This document shows, one piece after another, positions 61,885 through 64,000 of a DNA stretch of 64,000 nt. Position 1 is the stretch's first letter. Each line of letters opens with the position of its first letter. Position numbers and translations under genes: made by a program. Origin of the DNA: the human T2T-CHM13v2.0 reference genome, Homo sapiens; assembly GCF_009914755.1 (NCBI RefSeq), contig NC_060928.1; one strand, written 5' to 3'. The notes under the pieces are model-generated. The model was not told where the DNA came from. It did not search any database and saw only the letters and a program-made list of their open reading frames with translations.

Positions 61885-62239
61885 ATTACATGGAAAGCAC
61901 TTAAAACAGGGCCTGGCTGAAGACAAAAGCACTTTGGGCTTGTTGCTATTGTTGTTGTTGCATAGATGTCTAACTGGGACCTCAACAGGTGTCTTTGTGT
62001 CTTCTGTGGAAGAAACAGAGTTGCATGTGGATTGAACAGGGATCTTTTTCCAGTGATATGAGAATTCCATATGGATACTGCAAAGAACCAGCATGGACCT
62101 CTCTATGAGTTCATTTGAATCAGAAACCAATTCAAGTGTAGACAAGTTTATTCATTTCTACTCTTCTCAAAGCCTGGCTAAACTGGCTTTAGCCAGGGCT
62201 CAATTAAACAGCATAAAATAACTGTTCAGAGCATAACCT

Positions 62240-62430
62240 CTGGAGTCTTGCTTAATTCCCAATTTCCGCTGGTGACTATATTGCCTTGGACAAATACTGA
62301 AAGAAGCTATGCCTGTAAATCTGTAAAATTTGAATGATATTTATCTTTCTGCATTGTTGTCAGGAATTCAAGAGATAATATGTGTAAAGCACATAGCCTC
62401 ATGGCTGGTACATACTAAAATGTTCAATAA
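62240..62430 (+). mobile_element. MIR
   Basis: ATCTGTAAAAT...TTGTTGTCAGGAATTCAAGAGATAATATGTGTAAAGCAC...TTCAATAAA. Confidence 0.7.
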
Positions 62431-63501
62431 ACGGAGGTTTCCCAATTAACCCACTACTAAACTTATTTCCCTAGTTTATTTAAACCATAAAATATCAGCT
62501 AACTTTATCCATGAAATCATTGCCATAATATCCACGAAGACCAATTTCCATTACAACTAACAGGTATTTAGTAAATACGTTGGCTACTTGGATTGCTGAC
62601 AGATTGAATTGCTGGATTCCTCCAAGCTATTAGGGATTAAAGGGGGAATATATATATAAGCTCTTAGTGATCACTGCTCTGAGCTGCCAAAATAGGCAAA
62701 CTAGATTTCACAAGATCAAAAAGTAATCTCTCAAGCAACTTTGGCACTCTTTTATTGTTTTAAACCTTTACATAATGTCCAATATAATGTATACAGTTTT
62801 AATTCTTAGTTAAAAGTCTTCCCAAATTCATTGCTTTGATTATGAATGTTGTGAATAATACTGAAGTTGTTCACCATCCAGTGGTCGGAAGCTGCGGGGA
62901 AAATAATTTTAATTTTAAATGTTTCATGCAACATTGCTAATGTTATCTATCCTGTCTGGGCAGGGAGAAAATTGGCAGGAGTCATGAGATGGAGAATTTA
63001 TATGAGTTAATGGAAATGTTGTGGCTGACCAACAAAGAAACTTCCCCAGCCAAAATCAAAACAAAGATATTAACTTGGAAGAGGGAAAAAGCCTGCGGCA
63101 TGATAATATCATGCATTGTAACCTTATCTAGCGGTTGAAGTAATTCGGTTTGAAGAACCTAAAGAGCATTTTGTGGTTCTTATAAACTGCCAACAGACAC
63201 TGTATTTAGCAGTCTCTCCACTATTAAGTTCACATACCATCCTTTACTTTCACCAAGTAAGGCGATTTAGCTTTATCTCTGGGTTGTTACCAACCTGTCC
63301 AAGACCTCTTGAAGACAAAAGCCGAGCCTTCAGAGCTTGCCTGCAATGCTTGTTTATTGCTGGCTATTTCTGAAGGCAAACACATCTAAAGGTTTGCTTA
63401 CATTCACTTGACATAATTTTCAGAGTTCACTTATACAATTTTGGTCTGGGATCTAGACATAGTCATCCCCCTTTCTTCTAGAAAGAAACCTTTCAGAACA
63501 A

Positions 63502-63569
63502 TCTCTCTGTCTCTCTCGCTCTCTTTTCCTATCTCTCTCTTTCTCTCTCTCACACACACACATGTACAC

Positions 63570-63597
<28 letters not shown>
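63502..63597. repeat. (CT)n-(CA)n compound microsatellite
   Basis: Read directly. Confidence 0.9.
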
Positions 63598-63600
<3 letters not shown>

Positions 63601-64000
63601 GACAAGTTCACAATTAAAGTTTATAATAATTTTTAAATTAAATAATCCAAAAGATGTGTTATGCTGAGTGAATCTTCTATAGAAGAAAAAATAACTGGGG
63701 GAGTAGAGACCAATTCTCTTTTTCTGTTTTACAATTCAATAACATAACTGTGTAAGTAACAGAAAAGAAGCCAGGGAAGAATTAGAGCTTGCAAGGAACT
63801 CCCAATTAATGCTTTAATGGCTACCACTGGCCCATATGGCCCCCTGCTGCTCTCCTTTGAAGTCCTGGTGCTACTCCATGGAATGCCCTCAGCACCTGAC
63901 ACTGGAGGAAGCCCTGCAAGGGCTCCTGTTTGGCCAACACATGGGGCACATGCAGTTAACTCAGCTCAAACAGTTCTAGGGAGATGGGGGTACTCATTTG

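Overview
This is AT-rich, repeat-dense, non-coding primate DNA. L1PA2/L1PA3 elements carrying the 129-bp 5'UTR deletion point to a hominoid (human or great ape). I found no host protein-coding exon, RNA gene or CpG island. Every long ORF in the track is LINE-1 ORF1/ORF2 or a translation of Alu, microsatellite or low-complexity sequence. The main contents are a full-length but dead L1PA2-like element (4180-10215, +, 17-bp TSD), a 5'-truncated L1PA3 (25245-27020, +), a short L1PA2-like insertion (34678-35171, -), a near-full-length L1PA7 (41826-48103, -), older L1M/L1PB fragments, about 9 Alu/FLAM copies, THE1 and MLT2 LTRs, hAT MITEs, MIR/L2 relics and STRs. I cannot support a new gene system here. 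The most interesting signal is a set of footprints of local DNA copying. These are a template-switch inversion that splits a MIR, a 174-bp local copy dropped into a GA-rich tract, an L1M carrying inverted copies of its own parts, a ~16-bp twin-priming relic, an Alu with a fold-back head, and non-consensus substitutions shared by two L1s 16.8 kb apart. Subfamily names come from recalled consensus sequences and need RepeatMasker/Dfam confirmation.
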